Source: Spirochaetota bacterium
GTDB lineage: Bacteria > Spirochaetota > Spirochaetia > Treponematales > UBA12059
DNA: 64,000 bases
Assembly: GCA_018262985.1 (NCBI GenBank)
Contig: JADFDI010000002.1
Span: 266,314 to 330,313 of the forward strand
Direction of reading: 5' to 3'
Below the pieces are notes generated by a model. It worked only from the letters and a program-made list of their open reading frames with translations. It was not told the origin of the DNA and made no database searches. This document shows, in pieces, positions 18,871 through 27,193 of this stretch. Position 1 is the stretch's first letter; every line of letters starts with the position of its first letter. The position numbers were made by a program, and so were the translations under genes.

Positions 18871-19758
18871 TCAGTCGATGTCTTCGGGGAGCGACTCGGG
18901 CGCGGCCTCCAGCAGCTCCGGATGGGTCACCAGGCGCTTGAGCAGCCTGAAGGCGCTGGCGTAGTAGAAGCCGTCCACGATGCGCTCGTCGGTGTTCACG
19001 CGCAGCGTCAGGTGCTTCCGCGTCTTCACGGTCCCGTCCTCGGCCAGCTCCTTCTCGTGCGATTTCGAGCCGAAGGCCAGGAAGAGGCTCGTGGTGCCGA
19101 ACTCGTAGAGGTGGTGGTAGATCGACTGGATGCCGACCGAGCCCAGGTCGGTGATGAACAGGCTCGTGTGGAAGGGGCTGGCGGAGTGGATGGCCTTCGG
19201 AAGCCAGCCGTGGTCGTCCATGAACCAGAGGATCGATACGAGGCCCTTGAGCACGAAGGGCGGCATGCGCACGAGGAGGCCGGCGAGCTTGTCGGTGGAA
19301 TTCGCCGCCTCGATTTTCTTGTTCTCCATGACGGCGGCGTTCAGCTTGTCGCGGACGTCCCAGATCGTGTCGGTCCGGTCGAAATGGAGCTTCAGCGTGG
19401 TCTCGATGCCGTCCTCGTCGATGGTCTTCTTGATGGCCAGCGAGACGGTCAGGTCGTTCCGGGCGTAGATGCGCCCGTTCTTGACGAAGCGGTTGACCCG
19501 CGGCCGGAGGGCGAAGGCCCGGACGCAGGCGGCCATGATGACGTGGAGTATGCCGATGTCGGCGATTCCCTTGTCGCGCTGCTCGCGCAGCCAGCGCTCC
19601 GCGTGGGAGATCTCCACGCGGTCTTCGAAGAAATTCTGAGCGTCGCCCCGCGTGCGCATGATGAAGGGCACCATCATGGTGAGCGGATCGAGCGTTCGTA
19701 TCAGCCTGCCGTCGTAGCGGTCGCCCAGCCTGCGCTTTCGCGTCTTCGTCGAGGTCAT
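18871..19758 (-). CDS. Stand-alone 2-oxoacid dehydrogenase E2-type (CAT-fold) acyltransferase catalytic-domain protein
   Basis: Track ORF 18871..19860 trimmed to ATG 19758 (AGGAGAG SD), which clears the glnS stop. The product MTSTKTRKRRLGDRYDGRLIR...HLTLRVNTDERIVDGFYYASAFRLLKRLVTHPELL aligns with the E2 C-terminal catalytic core. There are no lipoyl or E1/E3-binding domains. Confidence 0.75.
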   Translation of the reverse strand: MTSTKTRKRRLGDRYDGRLIRTLDPLTMMVPFIMRTRGDAQNFFEDRVEISHAERWLREQRDKGIADIGILHVIMAACVRAFALRPRVNRFVKNGRIYARNDLTVSLAIKKTIDEDGIETTLKLHFDRTDTIWDVRDKLNAAVMENKKIEAANSTDKLAGLLVRMPPFVLKGLVSILWFMDDHGWLPKAIHSASPFHTSLFITDLGSVGIQSIYHHLYEFGTTSLFLAFGSKSHEKELAEDGTVKTRKHLTLRVNTDERIVDGFYYASAFRLLKRLVTHPELLEAAPESLPEDID

Positions 19759-19829
19759 GCCGGTCTCTCCTGGATGTGGCGCGGGTTCGGCGACGGACCG
19801 TGGCGGCGTTCCGACGGCGCCGGTTTGGG

Positions 19830-21575
19830 TCATGCCTGCTTCTTCTCGATCTTGGCCCACGTGTCGCGGAGCGACACCGAGCGGTTGAAACGCGGCCTTC
19901 CTTCCGAATCGGAGGGATCGCGCGTGAAATAGCCGAGGCGTTCGAACTGGAAGGACTCGCCCAGCCGCGCCTCGGCGAGGCTGGGTTCTCCCAAGGCTCC
20001 GTTCCGCGTCTGCACGGAGTCCGGATTCACGCCTTCCTTCCAGTCCTTGCCCGGTTCGACCTCCATGGGACGCTCGGCCAGGAAGAGGTGGTCGAAGAGC
20101 CGGGCCTCGATCGGCACCGCGTCGGCCGCCCGCACCCAGTGGATGGTGCCCTTGACCTTGCGGTTGTCGGGGGCGTTGCCGCCCTTCGTGCCGGGGTCGT
20201 ACTCGCAGAGGACGCGCGTCACGCGTCCCGACGCGTCCTTCTCGAATCCGGTGCAGTTGACGATGTAACCGTAGCGGAGCCGCACCTGGTTGCCGGGGAA
20301 AAGGCGGAAATACTTAGGGGGCGGGATTTCGGCGAAGTCGTCGCGCTCGATCATCAGCCTGCCGTCGAATCGCAAAGTCCGGGTGCCGGCGGCCTCGTCC
20401 TCCGGATTGTTGACGGCGGAAAGTTCCTCGACAAGGCCCTCGGGCCAGTTGGCGATGACGAGCTCGACGGGGTCGAGCACGGCCATGACGCGCCGGGCGC
20501 GGCGGTTCAGGTCCTCCCGCAGGCAGTGCTCGAGCAGCTGGATGTCGACCATCGAGTTGGTCTTGGCGATGCCGATGCGGTCGATGAAATCCTTGATGGC
20601 CTCGCGCGTGTAGCCGCGGCGGCGGAGCCCGGCGATGGTTGGCATGCGCGGGTCGTCCCAGCCTTCGACGAGGCCTTCCTCCACGAGTTGCTTGAGCCAG
20701 CGCTTGGAGAGCACCGTGTGGGTGATGTTGAGCCTGGAGAACTCGATCTGGCGCGAGGGGAAGGTCTCCGCCTCGCGGATGAACCATTCGTAGAGCGGCC
20801 GGTGGATCTCGTACTCGAGCGAGCAGAGCGAGTGCGTGATGCCCTCGATCGAGTCCGAGAGCGGATGCGCGAAATCGTACATCGGGTAGATGCACCACTC
20901 GTTGCCGACCCGGTAGTGCGGGGCGCGCTTGATGCGGTACATGACAGGGTCGCGCATGACGAGGTTCGGGTGCGCCATGTCGATCTTCGCCCGGAGGGTC
21001 TTCGAGCCGTCGGCGAATTCCCCGGCGCGCATGCGCGCGAACAGGTCGAGGTTCTCCTCGACGGAGCGGTTCCGCCAGGGGCTGTCCTTTCCGGGCGGGG
21101 TGAGCGTGATGTTGTGCTTGTCCGGCACCGCGGTGCCGCGGTAGACGCGGATCTCCTCGTCGGAGAGGTCGTCTACGTAGGCGACGCCCTTGCGGATGAG
21201 CTTGAGGGCGAGCTCGTAGAGCTTCCCGTAGTAGTCGGAGGCGAAGAAGGTCCGGTCGTCGCCGCAGTCGAGGCCGAGCCAGCGCGAGTCGCGCGTGATG
21301 GCTTCGACGAAGGCCAGATCCTCGGCCTCGGGGTTCGTGTCGTCGAAGCGGAGGTTGCACTGTCCGCCGAAGTCCAGCGCGACGTAGTAGTCGATCATGA
21401 AGGCCTTGGCGTGGCCGATGTGCATCCACCCGTTCGGCTCGGGGGGCAATCTGGTGCGCACGTAGGAATAGCGGCCCTTCTTCAAGTCTTCGCGGACCGC
21501 GGCGCGGATGAAATCCGAGGCCTCTTCGGTCGCGTCGCCGCCGGCGGGGGACGCGGGTACGGTGTCGTCGCTCAC
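19830..21575 (-). CDS. glnS: Glutamine--tRNA ligase
   Basis: 581 aa. GTG start with AAGGAG upstream. RTRLPPEPNGWMHIGHAKAF (HIGH), CNLRFDDTNPEAED and VLSKRWL (KMSKS-type). Confidence 0.97.
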   Translation of the reverse strand: MSDDTVPASPAGGDATEEASDFIRAAVREDLKKGRYSYVRTRLPPEPNGWMHIGHAKAFMIDYYVALDFGGQCNLRFDDTNPEAEDLAFVEAITRDSRWLGLDCGDDRTFFASDYYGKLYELALKLIRKGVAYVDDLSDEEIRVYRGTAVPDKHNITLTPPGKDSPWRNRSVEENLDLFARMRAGEFADGSKTLRAKIDMAHPNLVMRDPVMYRIKRAPHYRVGNEWCIYPMYDFAHPLSDSIEGITHSLCSLEYEIHRPLYEWFIREAETFPSRQIEFSRLNITHTVLSKRWLKQLVEEGLVEGWDDPRMPTIAGLRRRGYTREAIKDFIDRIGIAKTNSMVDIQLLEHCLREDLNRRARRVMAVLDPVELVIANWPEGLVEELSAVNNPEDEAAGTRTLRFDGRLMIERDDFAEIPPPKYFRLFPGNQVRLRYGYIVNCTGFEKDASGRVTRVLCEYDPGTKGGNAPDNRKVKGTIHWVRAADAVPIEARLFDHLFLAERPMEVEPGKDWKEGVNPDSVQTRNGALGEPSLAEARLGESFQFERLGYFTRDPSDSEGRPRFNRSVSLRDTWAKIEKKQA

Positions 21576-21614
21576 GGGAACTCCTTACCGCGCTTCAGGG
21601 GCGCGGCACGGCAG

Positions 21615-21644
21615 ACTATGCCGCGCCGCGACCCCCGGCGTCAA
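21615..21644 (-). promoter_or_regulatory. Candidate sigma70-type promoter for glnS
   Basis: Minus strand reads TTGACG (21644-21639), N18, CATAGT (21620-21615). A ~35-nt leader follows with an AAGGAG SD before GTG 21575. Confidence 0.4.
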
Positions 21645-21659
21645 GGAAGGATGCGCGCC

Positions 21660-23135
21660 TCAGGCTCCGAGCGCCGCGAGGGAGCGGTCGATGCGCGCGA
21701 GCGCCTTGTCGAGGCCGAGCAGGCGGATCGAGCCGAAGAGGGGCGGGCTCGCGCGCGAACCGGTGACGGCCACGCGGAGCGGCATGAGCAGGTCCCCGAG
21801 CTTCAGGCCGAGCTCCGCGGCGCGCGCGCGGTAGGCTTCCTCGAGCTCCTCGTCGGAGGCGGGGAAGCGGGCGGCCAGCAGGGCGCGCGCCTCGGCCAGG
21901 GCCGAGCGCGTCATGGCGGCGTCGAATTTCTTGGGGAAGAATTCCTCGGGCGCCGGGACGGGAGGCTCGGCGAAAAGGAAGCCCATGACGGCGGGCGCGT
22001 CGCGCAGGTAATGGAGCCGCTCCTTGGCGAGCGGCATGGCCGCCAGCACCGCGGCCTCGGAAGCCGCGTCGCCCTTCCTCGCCACGCCGGCCTCCTCGAG
22101 CCAGGGCATGACCAGGGCGGCGAGCTCCGCGTCGGGCTTCTGCCGGATGTATTGGCCGTTGAACCACTCGAGGCGCTTGTAGTCGAAGATCGCCGGCGCC
22201 TTCTTGAGATGCTCGATCGAGAAGAGCTTTTCCATCTCCGCCAGCGCGTACAGGTCGCGACCGTCCTCGTACGAGGCGCCGAGCATGCCGACGTAGTTAA
22301 GCAACGCCTCCGGCAGGTAGCCGCCCTTGCGGAATTCGTCGACGCTGGTGGCCCCGTGGCGCTTGGAGAGCTTGCGGCCGTCCTCGCCCATGACCATGGG
22401 CAGGTGGCAGAACGCGGGCGGCTCCCACCCGAAGGCCTTGTACATGACGACGTGGAGCGGCGTCGAGGAGATCCACTCCTGGGCGCGCATCACGTGGGTG
22501 ATGCCCATGAGGTGGTCGTCGACCACGTTCGCGAGGTGGTAGGTCGGGAAGCCATCGCTCTTGAGGAGGACGGGGTCGGGGTTGACGTCCTCGTTCTTCC
22601 AGACGATCTTCCCGAGCAGTCGGTCCTCGAACTCGGTGGTTTCCCCGAGGGGTATCTTGAGGCGTATGACGTGGCGCTCGGACGCGGCCCGGACCTTGGC
22701 TTCCGCGACGTCGACGGTCCGGCAGTGGCGGTCATAGCCGAAGCTGGCGCCCTCCGCGGCCCCCTCCTCGTCCTGGACGTCGGAGTGGAACTTCGAGACG
22801 CGGTCCTCGCCGCAGAAGCAGTAGTAGGCGCGGCCGAGGGCGACGAGGCGCTCGGCGTGCTCCCGGTAGATTTCGAAACGCTCCGACTGGACGTAGGGCG
22901 CGGCGGGGCCGCCGGAGTCGGGACCCTCGTCCCACTTGACGCCGAGCCATTCGAAGGTGTCGTAGAGGTTCCTGACGTATTCCTGGCTGAAGCGCGAGCG
23001 GTCGGTGTCCTCGAGCCTGAGTATGAATTTCCCGCCCATGGAACGGGCGAAGAGGTAGTTGAAAAGCGCCGTGCGGACGCCGCCGATGTGCTGGAGCCCC
23101 GTGGGCGAAGGCGCGTAGCGAACCCGGACCTGCAT
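21660..23135 (-). CDS. gltX: Glutamate--tRNA ligase
   Basis: 491 aa. MQVRVRYAPSPTGLQHIGGVRTALFNYLFAR...LRLEDTDRSR and KLSKRHG (KMSKS). Confidence 0.97.
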   Translation of the reverse strand: MQVRVRYAPSPTGLQHIGGVRTALFNYLFARSMGGKFILRLEDTDRSRFSQEYVRNLYDTFEWLGVKWDEGPDSGGPAAPYVQSERFEIYREHAERLVALGRAYYCFCGEDRVSKFHSDVQDEEGAAEGASFGYDRHCRTVDVAEAKVRAASERHVIRLKIPLGETTEFEDRLLGKIVWKNEDVNPDPVLLKSDGFPTYHLANVVDDHLMGITHVMRAQEWISSTPLHVVMYKAFGWEPPAFCHLPMVMGEDGRKLSKRHGATSVDEFRKGGYLPEALLNYVGMLGASYEDGRDLYALAEMEKLFSIEHLKKAPAIFDYKRLEWFNGQYIRQKPDAELAALVMPWLEEAGVARKGDAASEAAVLAAMPLAKERLHYLRDAPAVMGFLFAEPPVPAPEEFFPKKFDAAMTRSALAEARALLAARFPASDEELEEAYRARAAELGLKLGDLLMPLRVAVTGSRASPPLFGSIRLLGLDKALARIDRSLAALGA

Positions 23136-23188
23136 CGCTGTTCTCCCGGTGGCCGCGCGTTCCCGCGCGGCGGACGATTGGAGGAAGG

Positions 23189-23218
23189 ATTATAGCCGCG
23201 GCGCTTCCGGGGGGTCAA
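23189..23218 (-). promoter_or_regulatory. Sigma70-type promoter for gltX
   Basis: Minus strand reads TTGACC (23218-23213), N18, TATAAT (23194-23189), about 50 nt upstream of ATG 23135. Confidence 0.55.
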
Positions 23219-23232
23219 GAAGAGGAGGCGGT

Positions 23233-23586
23233 TCAGCCGACCCCGGCCGACACCGCCTGAAGCAGCGCGGCGAGCGAACCCGCGAGGGCGGCGACGGCGG
23301 CCAGGGCCGTCCAGGCGATCGACGCTCCCCAGGCCGGAGCCTCGCCGCGCCTGGTCGGGAGGAAGGCCCGGCTGAATCCCGCGAGCAGCGCTACCGGAAC
23401 GAGCCCCCAGGAAATCCTCCCGGTCCACGCCACCAGGGAGGCTTGGGTTTCGTCGAGGAAGCCCTGTGCGTTGCCGGAGACGTACAGGAACGCCAGGGCG
23501 AAGTCCAGGCCCGCCAGGTACAGCGCGGCCCGCTTGGTCGCGACTTCGAGCAGGGTCTTCGCGCGTTCCCCTCGGGTGAGGCTCAT
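23233..23586 (-). CDS. Small integral membrane protein, unknown function
   Basis: Track ORF 23233..23883. Only the C-terminal part looks like a real membrane protein (LYLAGLDFALAFLYV, WGLVPVALLAGF, IAWTALAAVAALAGSLAALL). I placed the start at ATG 23586 on promoter geometry; ATG 23598 is also possible. Confidence 0.5.
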   Translation of the reverse strand: MSLTRGERAKTLLEVATKRAALYLAGLDFALAFLYVSGNAQGFLDETQASLVAWTGRISWGLVPVALLAGFSRAFLPTRRGEAPAWGASIAWTALAAVAALAGSLAALLQAVSAGVG

Positions 23587-23593
23587 GGCGGAT

Positions 23594-23622
23594 ACCATAG
23601 CGTCGCCCGGCGCGGCGGGCAA
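23594..23622 (-). promoter_or_regulatory. Candidate promoter abutting ATG 23586 (leaderless geometry)
   Basis: Minus strand reads TTGCCC (23622-23617), N17, TATGGT (23599-23594), N7, ATG 23586. Confidence 0.35.
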
Positions 23623-23698
23623 GCGCGGCGTTTCGTCTGGCGCCCGGAGGACGCATAGGGTATAACGGTCGTATGGAAAGCGACGGAGGAGCAGCCCC

Positions 23699-24556
23699 AT
23701 GAAGCGGATCGCGGCGTTCATCCTGGCGGCGGCCTGCGCCGCCGTCGTCTTCATGGTCGGCTGGGTATCGTTCCGCCTCGATCCGGGCGCCTGGGGAGTC
23801 GTGACGACCAAGACCGGCGGAGTCGAGGACCTCGCCCTCGCCCCGGGACGCTTCGCCTGGCGCTGGGAAGCCCTCCTTCCCACGAACCTTTCGCTCTCCG
23901 AATTCGAGCTTTCGCCGCGCGAACTTCGCGTCGCGAGCGTGGGCGAGCTGCCCTCCGCCGCGGCGTACTCGGCCTTCGCCCCCGGAAAGCCGGACTTCTC
24001 CTACAGGCTCGAAGCGACGCTGCGGGCGTCGATCCGGAGCTCCGCGCTCCCGGGCCTGGTGGCTTCAGGGGCCGCGCCAGACCAGGCGGGCCTGGACGCG
24101 AGCCTCGGCCTCCTCCTCGAACGGACGAAACAAGCGCTCGCCGCGGCCTTGGTCGAGCGCGCGAGCGACCCCGAGTTCGCGGAAGCCCTTCCCTCGGGCG
24201 CGAGGTCCGCGCTCGAGGCGCTCGAGGCGGAAGTCGAAACGGCCGTGCCCGAGATCGACGTGCTCTCGGTTTCCATCGACGCCGTGCGCCTGCCCGACCT
24301 CGACCTGTACCGTTTCGTCCGCGACGCGTACCGCGCGTGGCTGGACGCCACCCTCGCCGCGACCGAATCGCTGCTGGCCGAAGAAGCCTCGTCCCGCGCG
24401 CGCGACGAGCTCAGGCTGGAAACGCTCGAACGTTACGGCGAGCTGCTGGAACGCTACCCCCTCCTCGTGGACTTCCTGGCCATCGAGGCCGCGGCCGATC
24501 CGGCCCTGCTGGGCGCGCTGGGCGCCCGTGGCGGACGGAGCCCGGCGGGAGAATAG
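23699..24556 (+). CDS. Membrane-anchored hypothetical protein (weak SPFH/band-7-like N-terminal region)
   Basis: 285 aa. GGAGGA lies 8 nt before the ATG. N-terminal TM (IAAFILAAACAAVVFMVGWV) followed by an Ala/Leu/Glu-rich helical C-terminal half. The family assignment is tentative. Confidence 0.6.
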   Translation: MKRIAAFILAAACAAVVFMVGWVSFRLDPGAWGVVTTKTGGVEDLALAPGRFAWRWEALLPTNLSLSEFELSPRELRVASVGELPSAAAYSAFAPGKPDFSYRLEATLRASIRSSALPGLVASGAAPDQAGLDASLGLLLERTKQALAAALVERASDPEFAEALPSGARSALEALEAEVETAVPEIDVLSVSIDAVRLPDLDLYRFVRDAYRAWLDATLAATESLLAEEASSRARDELRLETLERYGELLERYPLLVDFLAIEAAADPALLGALGARGGRSPAGE

Positions 24557-24559
24557 CGC

Positions 24560-25078
24560 GTGGAGTACTTCCTCAACTTCGACAAGATCGCCTACCTGCG
24601 GGGACCGCGCCCCGAGGGCTGCATACTCTGCCTGATCCGGGACGGGGACGAAAGGGTTGCGCGGCTCGTGGTCCGCGAGACCGCATCCTTCTCGGCGTCC
24701 GTGAACCTTTACCCGTACAACCCGGGCCACCTCATCCTGTTTCCGAAGCGCCACGTCACGGACCTGCGCCAACTGTCGCGGGACGAACGCGCGGAGCTCG
24801 ACGCCCTCGTGGACGACTGCCTCTCGGCCCTCGACGCCACGCACCGTCCCGCCGGCTACAACCTGGGTTACAACATGGGGCTCGTCGCGGGGGCCAGCAT
24901 CGAACACCTGCACCTGCACGTCATCCCGCGCTATCCCCGCGAGATCGGCATCGCGGAGCTCGTCGCCGGAAAGCGCGTCCTGGTCGAGGACCCCTTCGAG
25001 ACCGAGCGGCGGCTCCGCGCCTGGTTCGACGCCCGCGACGGGGCGGGCGCTCAGGACGGGAAGTCCGAGGCCCCGTAG
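24560..25078 (+). CDS. HIT-family nucleotide hydrolase/transferase
   Basis: 172 aa with a GTG start. NLYPYNPGHLILFPKRHV and the histidine triad IEHLHLHVIPRY. Confidence 0.85.
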   Translation: MEYFLNFDKIAYLRGPRPEGCILCLIRDGDERVARLVVRETASFSASVNLYPYNPGHLILFPKRHVTDLRQLSRDERAELDALVDDCLSALDATHRPAGYNLGYNMGLVAGASIEHLHLHVIPRYPREIGIAELVAGKRVLVEDPFETERRLRAWFDARDGAGAQDGKSEAP

Positions 25079-25689
25079 GGAAGGACGACGAGCAGGGGCG
25101 CGGCCCCGCTCTCGATGGAAAATTCCTCATCGACGGTCTCGTTGCTGACGCCGAAGCCCCCCGGTCCCCATTCAAGGCCGTCGAGGGGCCAGCGCAGGCC
25201 CCGGCTCGACATGAGCGAGGCGCCGGACGCGAGCGGGAACACCGAGACGGTCGATCCGGTCGCGGCTTTCCAGGTCCCGGCTCCCGAGAGCCTCACCACG
25301 CGCTCGCCCGGCGCCCACCACTCCTTCGGTCCGTCGGCGCGCTCGAAGAGGGCGCGCACCGCGAGCAGGTGGTCCAGCCGGCCGCCGCCGCCGCCCGCCA
25401 GCACGACGCGATCAGCTCCCGCTTCCTTGAGCAGGCGCAGGCCGAGCTCGGTGTCGGTCTCGTCCTTCGCCTTGGGCGCGAAGTGGACGCGGGCCCGCGG
25501 GTACGCCCCCACCAGGGCGAGGTCGCTGACGGAATCCATGTCGCCCGCGATGAGGTCGGGCTCGACGCCCCAGGCCGCGGCGAGATCGAGGCCCGAATCC
25601 GCGGCGCAGACGAGGCCGAAGCGGCCGAGCAGGCCTTCGACGGCGGAACGGGGCGGGGCTTCGCCGCCGGTTAGGAGGAGGGCGCGCAT
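25051..25689 (-). CDS. thiN: Thiamine pyrophosphokinase
   Basis: 212 aa. LVCAADSGL...DLIAGDMDSV...KDETDTELGL...LAGGGGGRLDHLLA and a C-terminal beta-domain, which is the TPK family pattern. Its 3' end overlaps the HIT gene by 28 nt (convergent). Confidence 0.85.
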   Translation of the reverse strand: MRALLLTGGEAPPRSAVEGLLGRFGLVCAADSGLDLAAAWGVEPDLIAGDMDSVSDLALVGAYPRARVHFAPKAKDETDTELGLRLLKEAGADRVVLAGGGGGRLDHLLAVRALFERADGPKEWWAPGERVVRLSGAGTWKAATGSTVSVFPLASGASLMSSRGLRWPLDGLEWGPGGFGVSNETVDEEFSIESGAAPLLVVLPYGASDFPS

Positions 25690-25696
25690 GGCCGCG

Positions 25697-25726
25697 ATTG
25701 TCCTCCGCGCCCGCCCGCGCGGTCAA
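25697..25726 (-). promoter_or_regulatory. Candidate promoter abutting the thiN ATG (leaderless geometry)
   Basis: Minus strand reads TTGACC (25726-25721), N18, GACAAT (25702-25697), N7, ATG 25689. GGAGGA overlapping the -10 region could alternatively serve as an SD. Confidence 0.35.
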
Positions 25727-25757
25727 GCGCCGTCGAGCGCTGGAAGGGACGCGGCTC

Positions 25758-25786
25758 TGGACTGCCGCCCTTCCCTCCGGTACAAA
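25758..25786 (+). promoter_or_regulatory. Candidate promoter abutting the cca ATG (leaderless geometry)
   Basis: TGGACT (25758-25763), N17, TACAAA (25781-25786), N6 (CGAAGC), ATG 25793. There is no SD. Confidence 0.4.
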
Positions 25787-25792
25787 CGAAGC

Positions 25793-27148
25793 ATGCGGAT
25801 CGATCATCTTGTGCCGGGGACCGTCTACGATTTCGGGGCCGTCCTCGCGCGCGAAGGCTACCAGGCCTGGATAGTCGGGGGCGCCATCCGGAACCTGGCC
25901 CTCGGGCGCGAGCCCTCCGACTGGGACGCCGCCACCGACGCCCGCCCAGAGGACGTCATGCGCGCCTTCCGGCGCACCGTCCCGACCGGCGTCAGGCACG
26001 GCACCGTCACGGTGCTTTGGCGCGGCCTCCAGATCGAGACCACCACCTTCCGCGTCGAGGAAGGCTACGCGGACGGCAGGCGGCCGGATCGCGTCTCGTT
26101 CACGCCCGATATCCGCGAGGACTTGAAGCGCCGCGACTTCACCATGAACGCCATGGCCCTGAACCTGTCCACGAGGGACTTCCTCGACCCCCACGACGGA
26201 CTCGGCGACCTGGAACGGCGCCTCGTGCGCGCCATAGGCGACCCCCTCGAACGCTTCTCCGAGGACGGCCTTAGGCCGCTCCGGGCGGTGCGCTTCGCGA
26301 GCCAGCTCGGTTACGCGATCGACGTCCCGACCTTCGAGGCCATCGGCCGCTCCCTGCACCGCTTCCGCGCCGTCTCCGCGGAGCGCGTCCGCGACGAATT
26401 CGCCAAGATCCTGCTGTGCCCGAAGCCGTCCTACGGCATCGACCTGCTCGAGCGCTCCGGGCTGCTCGCTGAATTCCTCCCGGAGCTGGCCGATTGCCGC
26501 GGCGTCGAGCAGGGCGGACTCCACTCCTTCGACGTGTTCGACCACCTGGCCGCCGCCTGCGACGCCGCGCCGCCCGTCCTCGAGCTGAGGCTCGCCGCCC
26601 TGCTCCACGACCTCGGGAAACCCGGCCGCAAGGCGGGCGACGCGGCCGGGGGCTACTCCTTCCACCGGCACGAGGAGGATTCCGCGCGCATGGTCAAGGC
26701 CATCCTCCCCCGACTCAAATTCCCGAACCTCGTCACGGAGCGGGTCGAGCGGCTCGCGCGCCACCACATGTTCTCGTACGGCGAGGAATGGACGGACGCG
26801 GCGGTCAGGCGCTTCGTGGCCCGGGTCGGCGAGGACCTGGTCGAGGACCTCCTCGCGCTCCGCGTCGCCGATTCGGCCGCCCTGGCGGGCACGCCTCCCG
26901 ACCCGCGCGGCGTCGCGCCCTTCAGGAAGCGCATCGAGGCCGTGCTCGCCGCTTCGCGGGTGCTCGGCGTCAAGGACCTGGCGGTCTCGGGAAACGAGCT
27001 CGCCGCGATCGGAGTGCCGAGGGGGCCGGTCATGGGCCGCATGCTCGCGGAGCTCCTCGAGGCCGTAATTGAGGACCCCTCGTTGAACGAGCGCGACAGG
27101 CTGCTCCTGATCGCGGAACGGATGAAGGAGAAGTACGGCCTGTCGTGA
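25793..27148 (+). CDS. cca: CCA-adding tRNA nucleotidyltransferase with HD domain
   Basis: Track ORF 25115..27148 trimmed to ATG 25793. Pol-beta NTase head WIVGGAIRNLALGREPSDWDAATDARPEDV...RHGTVTV...RRDFTMNAMAL. HD domain LAALLHDLGKP. All seven tRNA genes in the window lack an encoded CCA. Confidence 0.9.
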   Translation: MRIDHLVPGTVYDFGAVLAREGYQAWIVGGAIRNLALGREPSDWDAATDARPEDVMRAFRRTVPTGVRHGTVTVLWRGLQIETTTFRVEEGYADGRRPDRVSFTPDIREDLKRRDFTMNAMALNLSTRDFLDPHDGLGDLERRLVRAIGDPLERFSEDGLRPLRAVRFASQLGYAIDVPTFEAIGRSLHRFRAVSAERVRDEFAKILLCPKPSYGIDLLERSGLLAEFLPELADCRGVEQGGLHSFDVFDHLAAACDAAPPVLELRLAALLHDLGKPGRKAGDAAGGYSFHRHEEDSARMVKAILPRLKFPNLVTERVERLARHHMFSYGEEWTDAAVRRFVARVGEDLVEDLLALRVADSAALAGTPPDPRGVAPFRKRIEAVLAASRVLGVKDLAVSGNELAAIGVPRGPVMGRMLAELLEAVIEDPSLNERDRLLLIAERMKEKYGLS

Positions 27149-27193
27149 CGGGACCGGCCGCGGGCCGCCCGAGGCGGCCTGGAGGAAGATGCC

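Noticed and set aside
19776-23195. 1139-aa plus-strand ORF spanning the glnS/gltX region
   Set aside because: It lies antisense to two unmistakable aminoacyl-tRNA synthetase genes. Its product is a Gly/Arg/Ala/Val/Asp-rich low-complexity string with no motifs. Long stop-free antisense frames are expected in GC-rich DNA.
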